A stretch of 63,041 nucleotides of DNA, the filler included, from Octopus bimaculoides (Eukaryota), in the NCBI RefSeq assembly GCF_001194135.2. It is 4 parts of 4 records of this genome, joined end to end, with 100 filler letters (N's around TTAATTAATTAA, not from the genome) between each part and the next. Parts side by side here need not be neighbours in the genome. Positions count along the whole stretch, not along the records: positions 1 to 15,898 come from NC_069000.1; 3 more parts are not named here. One strand, given 5' to 3'. The notes beneath the pieces were generated by a model that worked only from the letters and a program-made list of their open reading frames with translations, was not told the DNA's origin and did no database searches. A program made the translations under genes and the position numbers. The number at the start of each line of letters is the position of its first letter. Within the stretch, counting starts at the first letter, position 1. This document shows positions 1 through 13,413 of the stretch, piece by piece.

Positions 1-236
1 GTATAGAACTATATTATCACCCTCAAATTTGAGAAACAAACACTCATTACTTTTTTTCTTTTAGAACTTCATTGCACGAGATTGATACCATGAAATTTAT
101 CGAACTGAGCTCTATCATTTAAGCTTAATTAAAATATAGTTTGCTTTTAAAATAAAGAAGTTAATTATAACTAAATCCTTTTCTTTTTGCCTTATTTTTC
201 TTCGTGATATTTTACGTCACAACCTTTTTGAGTGCC

Positions 237-955
237 ACGGGGAAAGTCAGGAAATTGGGTCAATAGGTTCTTCACAATTTTTCAGAGTCTAATCAGAGTT
301 AATGCATGCTCTTCTTGCTGTCACGTCTCACGAATGAACCTTTTTGGACCGAATAGTGACTGGTGATGAGAAATGGGTTCTCTTTAAAAATGTCAAGCGC
401 CGAAAACAGTGGGTAGGGAAAGGAAAAGCACCAGCACTCCAGGCTAAAGAAGGTCTTCACCCACGTTAGGTGTTGCTATCCGTTTGGTGGGATATGAAAG
501 GTTTAGTTCACTTTGAACTTTTAAACCCAAACCAAATGATAACAAAGGAGATCTACTGCGAGAAGCTTGAGCGGCTTAAGTCAGCACTAGAAGAAAAATT
601 ACCATCTTTGGTTTCAACGGTGTTCTTCCATCAGGATAACGCTCAGCCACATACAGCGAGGATGACATTCCATAGGCTGCGTGGGGAAACGATGTCTCAC
701 CCACCATATTCGCCAGACATTGCCCCATCTTATTATCAATTATTCCGCAGTCTTCAAAATCATTTAGACGGTCAAATAAGAATTCTGTAGTCGGGTCAGA
801 ACAGTACTAGAGAAGTATTTTTCATCACGGGCAAGTGAATCTTGGAAGAGGGGGCCTTGCATGTCAACCAAATAGATGGAAGAGCATTGTAGAAAATGAA
901 GGAGAGTATATTTTAGATTAAAAAGGAACTTTGATTTTCTTAAATTTGAAAAATA
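237..955 (+). mobile_element. Mariner (DD34D) transposase remnant
   Basis: Translates to DRIVTGDEKW, LLSVWWDMKG, FHQDNAQPH, HPPYSPDIAPSYYQLF, with in-frame stops. Confidence 0.92.
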
Positions 956-2168
956 AAAGAAGTATACATACATACATACATACATACATACATACATACA
1001 TACATACATACATAGATTGACAGACAGACAGACAGACGCATATATACATATTTGCATATACATACACACAGAAATGGATTCAAACTCATTTGTTTGTAGT
1101 GTGTGGTGGTTGCTGATTTAATCAGTTTGAATCAAAGAAAGCTGAATCTAACAGTGATCGTCCTGTCTTTTCCGAAGTACATTTCTGACTACGTTATCCA
1201 ATACGTTCTTTTGTTTTAAATGTTAGTTCTCGAAGGTTCCCCATGGTGATGATATAACTGATGGAAGTGCAGTTCGGTTTTCTTTGGTATATGATATGTG
1301 TAGACTAAGGGCGTGGGCGTATTAACCAGGGTTGTTTATCTCTATATCAGTTCTACACAAATAAACCCATTGCAAAGGCATTCGAGCCAAACCTTTAAGT
1401 ATTTTTGCATTGCCCTATGTTTCCTTCACTTTTTTAAAAAGTTATTTGGGTGTCATTAGAGATTCATCTGTTTTTCCATCAAGTTGGACAACTACGGAGA
1501 TGCTCCATCGTAGGCTAGGGTGTTACCTTTTAGTGTAGAGGAGGCTGATATAATATGATGTGGCATGACGTCATGATTACGGATGCTTTTCTAGAGTGGT
1601 GGTCCTTTCTAACATGACTCATCCTGAACAAAACTGTTTTTCAATATGTGATTTGAGGGCGATTTGGTTATTATTACTGGTAAGTCGAGAAACAATATGA
1701 AAGATTTCTCATACATGGTTTCTCGACGCATGGCTGATGAGTAAGGAACAACAAATGCGTTGTTATGATAATGAAAGGACTAATTTAAAAAATACACTTG
1801 GAGACTCTCCACAATGAAAACATTTGGTAAATTTGGTACTAACGTCTAAAGGTTATTAAAAAATTTTCTGACTCACTTCATTAAGGAAGAGTAGAAAAAA
1901 ATCATTACTCATTAGCTTACTGATTAATTCACAATATAATTAACTACATACAGTGAGGAATATTTTTGATCTTGGAAAACGATGACAACCTCGAACATGT
2001 TCTGGTCTTATTATGGGTTCAATGGGTAACTGAGGACACTTAATTATTTGCACATTACTTTCTTTCAGACCAATTAAAAGGATTTTATTTCTTTCAGATC
2101 TCCCATTTCAGATCTCCCATTTCAGATAAAATCCTTACACCAGAAATGAAAAAAAACATCCACTGTGG

Positions 2169-2352
<184 letters not shown>

Positions 2353-3240
2353 CATGTAAGGAAAACAGCGCTTAGAAACAGGTTCAAAAACATTGTCGAT
2401 GGCAATCCCGAAAATTCAATAAGGGACATTTTCAAAGAACTTGAGGTGTCGGAGTGGACTATCAGAGCTGTGGTAGATAGGGGCATTCGATACCAATTGT
2501 ATGTACTGAGGATAGTCTAATTCATGTCTGAAAGTACATGAGCAGTAAAATGCGGTTTCTTAACAAGGTTAAAAACCCTCACGAATATGGCACGCTTTGA
2601 TTCTTTTCTGGTGAATAAAACCTCCACCAAGACCAAAAATCTAACAGGAGAAATGATAGATGGTTATGTACAGAATCTTCTAATGTCTCCGGAATGATAC
2701 ACATAAACTTTCCAGCAGTTGTGAAAGTTTAAGGTGAGTAACAAAGGTCACGACATGTCATGTCACAACTTTTCAAAAGGTCTTAGAGTTTATACTGCTG
2801 GATAAGGTGAAGTGTTGGAGAGGATTATTTAGCCCTGGAGGGTTGAAGTACGCAATGGAAGTCCATACGTATTTCAACAAGCCTCAGAACCTTCAGACAA
2901 ATCCCACGCAACCCAAAAATGGATGCTAAACAATCTTTACGGCCGTATTGCACCAAACTTGTGGCCTCCAAGCTCAGTAGATTTTAAATCGCATAGAGTA
3001 CTGAAGTTAAGAACGTTGTTGAAAGGGTGACTACCTGACATCATTATAATACTACAGCTTCACTGAAGGCTAGCGTATTGTCGATATGATGTCCGAAATG
3101 CACAAGGACCATTTAGAGCAGGCATATCGACGATTTTGGTCCTGCACTGAAGCAGTCATCGAAGCTGAAGGCAGCTCATAGAATAATCATATTAGAAAGA
3201 TTTTCGAAAACGTGAGCACAAATATTTATTAAAATACATT
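2353..3240 (+). mobile_element. Tc1/mariner DD37D (maT-type) transposase remnant
   Basis: [21 protein letters not shown] (HTH), FFSGE..HQDQK.NRRNDRWLC, YVFQQ(A)..., WPPSS.D. Spacing from the second to the expected third catalytic position is 37. Catalytic residues are mutated. Confidence 0.8.
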
Positions 3241-4269
3241 TGCTTTTTGCTAGATTATAGCGGTTTTATTAAATTACCAAGTATGTCCTTGAATACCTCC
3301 TGCACACTATATTTGTATTTTATCAACTCCAAGCAAATAGCTAATTTAGAGCTCTCTGTTTTAATAAATTTGCGTCTTCTTACAGTAGGTATTGATAGAC
3401 ATGGTTTGGGAGATGCAGATTTTAAAGAAAGTTGGAAATAGAAAATAAGTCAAAGAAACAGAAGGTAGGGGAGCAAGTGGCTATAGTAATATCTGTCATA
3501 AATTTCAACAAATTGGGAGGGATCTTTTTATGTATTGATCATAAATAAAAACGTACATATATACATGTATATAAAACGTATACATTTTCGTTAGCTGTGT
3601 TAAGAAAACAGAATACATGAAAAGAACCTCCACGCATACACATAGTACAAACACCCCACACACATCATAGAATACACACACAATACACATTTACTGCCTG
3701 CATATAATTTACACAAACATACAATACACATAGCATACTTAGGATGTATTAAAAAACTTTCACTCTAGTCATACAAGTAAATGTCAAAAATTATATCTTT
3801 GACGTCATCATTCCCCAAATGTATCTTTATTATTATAAATAACGCCTGTTAACAACAGAACAGAAGAAAATAATATGTTGAATTAGCAGCTTTGCTAAAG
3901 GAACGACAATTTATTTCTCTAGACCAATTATAGACGATGTAACTTATGAAACTGCCCTACTCCCATCCGCCAAAAATAAATTATATAAAAATCATATCAG
4001 TAAGGGCAAAGATGCTGGAATCTGACATGGCGACTTCCTGAAATCAAGTCTGATATAAAATTACGAACATGTATTCTAGTAAAAGAACTTCCCAGTTTGC
4101 ACATGTGATAGGCTTAATGGAATTTGTGTCGCAGAGTACAACATATATTACAAACCATTAAGTAGTCAAAGAAAAAATTCCAGAAACTGTTTTATCAATG
4201 TAGGAAATATTCTAGATTTTATTCCCATTCTATAATCCAAGGATGACTCCTAATGTTAAAATGAGAAAC

Positions 4270-4830
4270 ATAGTGACACGTGACCAGCAGCTATTGGCAA
4301 CACAAAAAATTTCATTTTCGCAAAAATGGCATGCATACATGCCAAAATCTTCATCAAAATTAATTTTGCCACCCAATATAAAGGAAGTGTCGATCGTATT
4401 AGTATTGATCATAACCTTAATATATTTTATTGATCTTAATTATGCAATAATTTCATAAGTATGTTTTGTGTTATTATCATTTTGTTTTATTGAAATCATT
4501 TTTTGTAATACCTTTAATCATGTAATGTATTTTTAATAAGCTATCAATAATATTACAATTTATTATTATTATCTATTTCCATTCTCTCATAGTCTGGTAA
4601 CATAAAATATCAAACAGTGACATAATGCAAAAAACATTTATGCCACAATATGTACAAGACTACTTGTTGGGCCCGTTGCATTTATGCCTGGCTATTCGAT
4701 TAGTTATTAACTGATTATTTAAACTGGCTGTTTGGAATTTAAACTGGCTGCTTGGAATTTATATAAAAAAAGTCATAGAAGATTTCACATTCAAGAATTT
4801 AAAGGAATAATTTTGAAAGTTAAATTTTGC
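4270..4830 (+). mobile_element. Possible very decayed piggyBac-like transposase fragment
   Basis: Short peptides YKGSVDR, YKTTCWARCIYAWLFD and LAAWNLYK loosely follow piggyBac C-terminal motifs in order. Weak. Confidence 0.25.
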
Positions 4831-5517
4831 AATTATGAAATTTTCGATAAACTCGGATTTGGCACTCTGTCAACATGTATCAGAATTGTTCAAACAAAAT
4901 TTGCTCCATCTCACGAGAGCAAAACATCGTTAAGTGTGAAACGAATAAACTGACTGAATGGCTTAACGTAGCCTTTTGGAATAGTTTTCATTGGACAGAT
5001 TATTTGCCTACTGTGAACTGTTTGCATAGATAATGAAGGCACACCAGTCAACTTAAGCAATACTGCAGAAAAGTCAGCGGAAACAATACTAAATTTAACA
5101 ATATCTAAACATCATCGCTATAGCAACGTATATTTGTTTATTTACTTCTCTCTCATCTATCCAGGTAACGTTCAAAAATCAACAGAGACGTCTCCAGAAT
5201 ATACAAATGGTGACATATAAATATTTACGTTTGTATTTATGTATATGGGCAGAAAGTTCTGGCCGAGTTTAATCAGAATATACTGGGAGAAAAGAAAATT
5301 GCATAAATAAATTTGAAACAAAAATCGAGCGAATGCTTACATCAAGACTCACATGTAATGATTTATTACCAAACTTGCTTATATTAGACTAAAAGGTTCT
5401 CCTTACGAAAAAAGTTGAATAAATGCGAACTTCTAATTACTGAAAATGATATATGAAGAACATACTCCCACACATACGCAGAAATTTATGAAAGATGAAG
5501 TTAATTCATTATAAGAT

Positions 5518-5712
5518 ATTGGTTTAAAATTTTGATACAAAGCCAACAATTTCGGAGCGTGGGTAAGTCGATTACATCGATTCCAGTGTTTAACTTATTT
5601 TATCGACTCAGAAAAGAGGAAAGGTAGAGTCGACGTCGGCGGAAGTTGGACTTAGAACGTAAAGTCAGTAGAAATGCCGCTAAGTATTTTGTCCGATCAT
5701 GCCAGCTCGCTG
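5518..5712 (-). mobile_element. tRNA-derived SINE, family A
   Basis: Matches the family body (aagtcgattacatcga...agaaatgccgctaag). Confidence 0.75.
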
Positions 5713-5899
5713 CTTAATTCGTTATATAATATTGAACAAGATGCGATATCGCGAGAATTTTATAACTAGTTTATAAAAGGCATTGAAAATTGCAGTGAGG
5801 GTGTTGAGTTTAACGTTTCGGTACAGCATTTGCATCTCAGAGTAAGGATGAGAGAGAAAGTCGTATATCCCTTGAGGTGAAGGCAAGAAAAATGCAGTT

Positions 5900-7400
5900 C
5901 ATAGCATAAAGGATAACACATAACACTTCTACTTTTGCTCACAATCAAGTGTCAACACGTCTTTCTCTCACAATCCTTGTCCGTAGTTCAAGACGCTTTC
6001 TCTCTTTCTTTAGTTTTACCCACACTCTAATAGATATTACTTTCTCACTTACTGTGCCCAACCTAACTGACAAAACTGCTTTTGTGTCTCCATAATTGTC
6101 CACAGCCTAAGTCTCACTCTTAATGCTCCCAACCTAGGAGACAACACAACTGTCTCTTCCTTCCTTACCACAATCCAAATGACAACAAGTATTTTCCTCT
6201 CTTCGTGCCCATAACGTGTACGACATCTTGTTCTTTGACTGCATTCACACAACACAAGGGACAATAGCTTTTCCTCCCACTTCCTTCCCACAAACCAAGC
6301 GACAACACGTTTTCACTCTCTTCTTTCCCACAACCAAAATAACACCATTTTCTTTTCTTTGCCTCAACCCAAATGAAAACTGGATATTCTCTCCTTTCTT
6401 CTCGCAATCCAATTTACAACAATTCCTTCCTTTCTCTTCGCTCCCACAAACCATTTTCCGTCTGCTTTTCAACAACCAATATGACAACAGCACATTCTCT
6501 TTCTTCTTCACCACAGTCCAACTGACAACACAAATTTCTCTCACTTCTTTCCCACAACCTGAATACTTCTTTCTCTCTCTTCTTTTCCACAAACAAAACA
6601 ACAAAAACACATTCTCTTTCTTCTTTCTCAGAACTTAAGAAGTGACAACATTACTTTTTCTCTCTTCGTACCCATCACCCAGTGTCATAGCCCCGCACCT
6701 TCTCTATTCTTCTCCACGACTTACGCCATAGCACCTGTATCTCTCTTCTTTCTTTCCCACGACCGCAAGTGACAACACATCTTTCACTTTCTTTTTTCCC
6801 CGCATCGCAATCGACAATCGCACATTCTCTCTCTTCTTTCATATAGTACACGATATATTCCTTCCCACAACTCAAATGACCACACCACTTTCCTTTTCAC
6901 TCTATTTGCTTTCAATCCACAAATATTTGCTCTCAACCCAGGTGAATACAATACTTTCTTTGTATCTCTTTATAACTGCCCACGTCGCAAGTTATCCCTT
7001 AGGATGTGGACAAGTATATGCAGACACACACACACACAGATGTAGAAAGCACATTTAATGAAATACATATCGACAAATCTAATGATAATATTACTCTCTC
7101 CTATCGTTTTTTCTTCTTCCTGACCCATACATAACCCAGGTATCAAGAGCACATTCTATTTCTACTTACCTACACTCCAAATGACAACACTGTTTTCTTT
7201 CTTTTATTGCTCACAATCCACGAGATGCGGTCCTTTCTCATTTCTTACCCGCAACCTCAGAAACAACACTACTCTCTGCTCTTGAACGCGATACAAGTAA
7301 CAACACCACTGTCGTTCCCTTCTTAAACACAACTCAGTGACAATACCATTCCTCTCTTCTTACCCATAGTTCAAGTGACCATTTAACTTTCCTTATTAAG
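5900..7400 (+). repeat. Degenerate ~40-bp CT-rich tandem array
   Basis: Recurrent unit resembling cccacaacc-aaatgacaacac-ttctctctcttcttt. Confidence 0.7.
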
Positions 7401-7599
7401 AGTCAAAACATTACTTTAATGTATGTGTATATATATATATATATATGTGTATGTATATATATATATANNNNNNNNNNNNNNNNNNNNNNNNNNNNNNNNN
7501 NNNNNNNNNNNNNNNNNNNNNNNNNNNNNNNNNNNNNNNNNNNNNNNNNNNNNNNNNNNNNNNNNNNNNNNNNNNNNNNNNNNNNNNNNNNNNNNNNNN

Positions 7600-7990
7600 T
7601 ATTTATATTTACTCTCCAAGGAGCATTGGTAAAATCTATTAATCAGAAAAAATAATTCTTTTAATGGACCAGTCCACTAAAAAAGATAGTGCATAGGTGC
7701 TTGGCACAAAGAACAAACCATAGACGGAATTGGTCATGTCAAAAGCTTGGCATATAGTACCGAGGAGTGTATGATGTCCCACTTCGAAGGCTACCTGTAT
7801 GCAGTTCAAGAACAAGAATTCTCCACAAAGTACAAAACAGCATAAAAGGTAGAAAACGTTGACAGACAACAAATGTGGGATGTGTAAGAGGAAGACTGGC
7901 GACATCAACCACGTTATTGCCAACTGCAAGAGGATGTCTTCCAGATATTATCTTTCCACGAGGCGTGATGTGGTGGCTAGAACAGTACAT
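7600..7990 (+). mobile_element. R4/Dong-like non-LTR retrotransposon, C-terminal fragment
   Basis: SHFEGYLYAVQEQEFSTKY, then the CCHC knuckle CGMCKRKTGDINHVIANC...YY...RRDVVARTV. Confidence 0.75.
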
Positions 7991-8104
7991 TCTCTTACAT
8001 TCTTTATTTCTCACTGTTTCCTTTTCCATTGGCACGAATGTATGTAGGCATATACATACACACATGTACTTATATGAATATACTCATACACACACACATA
8101 TTCA

Positions 8105-9219
8105 TTTCAGCAGTAGCTTGTCCAGCCCGGAACTAGCAATCTAGAGTCAATAAAATCTTGGAAGGCCTGTTTTACAGTAACGTGGGAATTAAATTTCTTC
8201 CCTATCAAAAAGTTATCCGAATTCTGGAAGAAGTGGTAGTCATTGGGGAAAAGATCAGGTAGATGATGGAGAACTTCCAACTCCAACTCCCTTACTTTCG
8301 CCAATGTCATTTTTGCGACATGTGGTCTGGGTTGTCCTGCAATAAAATAGGAGTGGATCTGTTGACTAATCTAGCTTGTTTTTTTGTAAGTTTCTACATC
8401 ATTTGGTCCCGGCTGTGATTGATGAGCCAGGTTTAATGAAGTCATAACGGATCACACCTGCGCCAGACTACCAAACACACACCATCACCTTCTTTTGATG
8501 AATTTTGCTTTATGAACTGTGTTTTGGTGGCTCGTCTTTGTCCAACCATTGTGCTGAACGTTTACGGTTGTTGTATTCGATCCATTTCTCATCACGTTAC
8601 AATTCGATTCATTTCGTGAAGAGAAAGTAGTACAATGCAGGCTTCCAAACGTTGCTGTTCCTGATTTTCATTGAGTTCATGTGGAACCCTCTTGTTCAAC
8701 TTTTTCACTTTACCGATTTGAACTAGGTGAGTCAATATTGTTTGCTTGCTAACACCAAACAACAACGATAATTCACGGGCACTTTGAGATGGATCTGACT
8801 CGACGGTGGCTTTCAGTTCGTCATTATCCACCTTTGTTTCTGGTTGACCACATTGCTCATTTGTGAGGTCGAAGTTAGCAGAACAAAATTTTGCAAACCA
8901 ATTTGATACTGTCTGTTGTGTATTAACATTAGAAAATACTCCATTAATATTCCAAGATGTCTGTGATGCTGTATTTCCAAGAAAGAGCTCATATTTCAAA
9001 ACTGTACGAATTTCTGATTTATCTATCTCTAAACAAAAATAGCAAAAAACGATTTATAAATACTTTATAAAGCGCAAAATGAACTAGAATAAAGAAATAG
9101 ATGTGTTAGCATTTTAGCAAAAAAATAAAGATTGTCCAAATATCATAATTGCGCAAAATGAGCAGCTGTCAAAGTTTACCATAATCCTTACTACAAATTT
9201 CGTACTTGACGACATAATA
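8105..9219 (-). mobile_element. Mariner element, near full length, one recognisable TIR
   Basis: ORF 8592-8999 (HTH, KLNKRVPHEL), then IVT.DEKW and PDLFPNDYHFF. TIR-like TATTATGTCGTCAAGTACGAAAT at the 9219 end. Confidence 0.92.
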
Positions 9220-9316
9220 TATATACATACACAAAATTTCTAAATATATGTGTGTGTGTGTGTGTATACACACAGATACAAATACATACATACACGCACA
9301 TATATACATACACACA

Positions 9317-9379
<63 letters not shown>

Positions 9380-9380
<1 letters not shown>

Positions 9381-9720
9381 ACGTTCACTATTTGCCTCTC
9401 ATTCTGGTATAACGACTCTCCATGTTTGTTTTCGTTCGGTTTCCTTGTACGTCTCCACTGTCGTGTTTTTGTTCCCAACTTTGACCCTCCATAAATCACA
9501 AATTTTATTTTACAATTTATGGGAGCAACTGTCTTTGAAGACTCCTATTGTCGTTGAATGCTCGGAAGGAGGAGTAGATAGACAGCCGACAACTGATGAA
9601 GGTTAATTTCTCTGTGTTTGCTTGTCTTGTTTTCCATTTTTTCTCTCGTAGCTTACGTATTTAACTCGTTTGTCTATGTATTTCCTATTGTTTACACAGT
9701 TGGTGACGTCCTGTATTCAT
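9380..9720. repeat. Dispersed repeat family E (possible Penelope-type terminal repeat), copy 1
   Basis: Shares the ...ggtgacgtcctgtac/ttcatatatg end with copies at 11680 and 39100. Confidence 0.6.
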
Positions 9721-9748
9721 ATATGTATATATATATATGTGTATACGC

Positions 9749-9791
<43 letters not shown>

Positions 9792-9847
9792 GGNNNNNNN
9801 NNNGACGTCCTGTATTCATATATGTATATATATATATGTGTATACGC

Positions 9848-9890
<43 letters not shown>

Positions 9891-10206
9891 GGTGCGTACG
9901 ATTAAAAATATTCCTATAAACAGAGAGGTAAAACAGAGGTTTACTAACATATATTGATCGTCGAAGGTTTGGAAGTGGTACAAAATAGATAATCAATAAT
10001 CCATTGAACGAGATAACTGATCGAATAACACTAGACAGAATGATCGAGAGACAGACTAGAAGTTTCACTTCTCTACATTTTGAATTCAAATTCAAACTCC
10101 GTTTGTGTTTTATTTTTTTTTTTTTGCTATATCGCAAGCTGCATGCGTACGTACGTACCTACCTACCTACCTACATACATACATATATAGTACATGCATA
10201 TATAAT

Positions 10207-10259
<53 letters not shown>

Positions 10260-10280
10260 CAATATATATACATGTACATA

Positions 10281-10570
10281 GTGAAGCCGCGTGACTGACT
10301 GGTTAAGATTTTCGGATCACGATCGTTTGTAAAACCGTCAGTTCAATACCTGGCTGCGCGTTGTGTCCTCGAGCAAGACATTTTATTTCACGTTATTCCA
10401 GTCTACTGAGCTGGCAAATATGTGCAGTATATGTATTTCGAATGCCAGCCTTGTAGCTCCTTGTGTCACGCTGAATCTCCGTGCTCAGCCATTTACGCGT
10501 TTATTTCACGAGCAGGCTGTTCCGTTGATCCGATCAACTGGAAGCGTCGTCGTCGTAATCGAGTGCCAGT
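10281..10570 (+). mobile_element. tRNA-derived SINE with CORE-like middle (family C)
   Basis: tRNA-like head, then gttgtgtcctcgagcaagacattttatttcacgtt. Confidence 0.75.
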
Positions 10571-10704
10571 GTTTTAGTTACATATATATAACTAAAAAAA
10601 AAAACTGCTTTGGATGGGTGCTGATGAGGAGCAAAAACTCCCGAATTATGGCATATACGCCCATTTCAGTGGGACTGAACCAGGAACCATGTGGTTGGTA
10701 AACA

Positions 10705-11215
10705 AAGAGTATGTCTACCTAGAACACTATGTGAAAGATATGCGCAAAAACAAAAGCTAGACGATACCTACGTGCAAAGACTCTTCAATAACACCGTCTT
10801 GCACTCTTGTATGCAAATTAGAGATGAGTGACTAGGAAGCGGATAGAATATGGAATGGCCACATTGCTAAAATCCATAGTAAGATCCATGTGAGGAATCT
10901 CATTACTAGAGCATTTTCGAAATGATATAAATCGAGAACGGATCGTAGAGAATTATATTATCGCAGAATACCGAAAGTACAAATTATGCTGCACTGGACA
11001 CGTCGCAAGGCTAACAGATAACAGGTGGACCCACGCAGTTACCAAATGTTATCCAAGAGATCGGAAATGACCCCTTGGAAGGCCCTCATGACGACCGGAA
11101 CACAATTTAGTTAAGCGACTTGAGTCAAGATAGAAAAGAATGGCGCAATCATTGAGAATTGGAAGCGCATTTTGACTAGTGATGTATGTGACTAACGTGG
11201 ATGGTTTGATCAATA
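10705..11215 (+). mobile_element. RTE-clade LINE, 3' fragment
   Basis: KEYVYL, LFNNTV, GHVARLTDNRWTHAVT..YPRD.K.PLGRP. Confidence 0.8.
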
Positions 11216-11343
11216 CTGTGAAATACATGTATGCGTGCATGTATGTATGTATGTATGTATGTATGTATACATACATACATGCATATATGTATATCACAGT
11301 ATCGATATATATATATACATATACATATATATATATATGTATG

Positions 11344-11378
<35 letters not shown>

Positions 11379-11679
11379 NNNNNNNNNNNNNNNNNNNNNN
11401 NNNNNNNNNNNNNNNNNNNNNNNNNNNNNNNNNNNNNNNNNNNNNNNNNNNNNNNNNNNNNNNNNNNNNNNNNNNNNNNNNNNNNNNNNNNNNNNNNNNN
11501 NNNNNNNNNNNNNNNNNNNNNNNNNNNNNNNNNNNNNNNNNNNNNNNNNNNNNNNNNNNNNNNNNNNNNNNNNNNNNNNNNNNNNNNNNNNNNNNNNNNN
11601 NNNNNNNNNNNNNNNNNNNNNNNNNNNNNNNNNNNNNNNNNNNNNNNNNNNNNNNNNTATATATATATATAAATGTATA

Positions 11680-11820
11680 TATGCATATATGGGTACAGGA
11701 TGTTACCAACTCTAAACAACCTGAAGTATGAAAACAAGCGAGTTAAATACGCAAACAACAAGAGAAAAAAATTTGAAAAAAAGACAAGTAACACAAATAA
11801 TGACCCTTCATCAGTTGTAC
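11680..11820. repeat. Repeat family E, copy 2 (opposite orientation)
   Basis: ggtacaggatgttacc...gaaaacaagcgagttaaatacgcaaacaac...gacccttcatcagttg is a reverse-complement match to copies 1 and 3. Confidence 0.6.
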
Positions 11821-11989
11821 CTATCAATCTACTTATCTATCTGTTTGCCTACATATCCATTTATCTACCTATATATATTCGCCTACATAACAACCTCCTA
11901 ACAAATCTACCTACGTATGTATATACTGTGGGTATCACAACCTTCCACGGGTGTTTCATTTATGAGAACGTACTCCTGTATTTGTCTGA

Positions 11990-13005
11990 GTGTTGGGTCC
12001 TTTAGATGCTTGGATGAAATGTAGATGTGAAGTCAACCCAGTGTGATTCCATGCTGGTCTCTGGAATTCTGGTAGAGTATAGAGGACCGTTTTTTGTTGT
12101 CATATTGTCCCAAACGTTCATTTAACCTCTTCGCATAGCTTTTAGATGTCTCACCAATGTATGTCATGTTCTTGTCTTTACAAGCACACTATGCATCTTA
12201 TGATGTAAACTACCTTACGGGTTCTACAGTTAATGCCAGAGTTAACCTTACATACCATGCAGATTTCCTTGGTGAATGTGGTATTCTCAAGGGAGTATTG
12301 TGATCTGATGGAGTTCCCTGGCTTTTCAACGATTTTAATGTTGAGTTTAGTCTTCTTCAGCGCTTTCCTAAATCTTCGGGCTAGTTCTTAATGGGCTGTG
12401 ACCTCTACAAACATCACTCCTTGATATTTGTCAGCCTTCTACCATGTGTTCACTCTGTTTGTTTTGTCACAAGCTCTCTGTATCCTATTCCACTCTTTAC
12501 CTCTGTATCTAGGGTAGGCACCATTCGTTTTATTACATATAATGCTATCTAAATTCTTTCTAGCTTCCTTGTATCCCGAATCCAATCTTTCTGGCCATAT
12601 CCAGAGAATTGCATGCGGTGCAAGAAGTTCTGTATATGCTTCTTTGTTTCATAGGGTTCGCATAGGGGAACACGTTATTCATTATCCTAACTAAGTCTGC
12701 TATCAATATGTTGATTTTCATGTTTTGTGACAAAAGCTGAGTTCTTGTGAACAACATATTTAGAAGCTATGGAGGAGCTGCACTCTATTTTTAACAGTCT
12801 CTAACCAAAGTTCAGTATCAAGGACGGGGAGTTTATTGTTAGGGTGCCTAGTGGGGTAATCTATAGTAACTTTGATAAATTGGTGGATGGAATTAGCGTT
12901 ATGCTGGATGCTCTCCCTTATGCTCCTCTGGGTGTCTAGTCTATAGTTACTAGAGTTTGTCCTAATTAGACTATTAATGCCATCTACATACCTAGAGTAA
13001 AGCAA
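11990..13005 (-). mobile_element. Penelope-like element: RT C-terminal half plus GIY-YIG endonuclease
   Basis: YSRYVD(G), ANSIH..IKVTIDYP...NNKLPVLDT, MQFSGY, VVYIIRCIVC, NMTYIGETSKS. Confidence 0.88.
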
Positions 13006-13155
13006 AACAGTTATGGATTGTTTAGCTAAAGGTTGCTTAAGTTATATATATATATATATNNNNNNNNNNNNNNNNNNNNNNNNNNNNNNNNNNNNNNNNN
13101 NNNNNNNNNNNNNNNNNNNNNNNNNNNNNNNNNNNNNNNNNNNNNNNNNNNNNNN

Positions 13156-13413
13156 AATACTTCATTTCATTTTACTATATATACTATATATACCATATAT
13201 TCTATATCCTACATTAATATTATAAGAATATAAATAAAACATAAAAAACAGACAAAGCTGGAATTCTTTTGAATAATATATACATGTATATATTATTCAA
13301 AAGAATTCCAGCTTTGTCTGTTTTTTATGTTTTATTTATATTCTTATAATATTAATGTAGGATATAGAATATATGGTATATATAGTATATATAGTAAAAT
13401 GAAATGAAGTATT
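13156..13413. repeat. Perfect 258-bp palindrome (129-bp arms, no spacer)
   Basis: Arms are exact reverse complements around ca|tg at 13284/13285. The left arm abuts an N gap. Confidence 0.9.

Noticed and set aside
4230-4412. DFGMYAC Ig-like motif in a minus-strand ORF
   Set aside because: Short isolated motif with no splice signals or the rest of an Ig fold.
9593-9610. CTGATGA cores (also 11806-11815, 26016) and GGC-TTTAC-GGCC relics (13745, 40175)
   Set aside because: No correctly placed GAAA, stem II or stem III. At most these are eroded hammerhead relics.
9706-9892. Direct duplication of ~88 bp on both sides of a 10-N gap
   Set aside because: Typical unmerged contig overlap.
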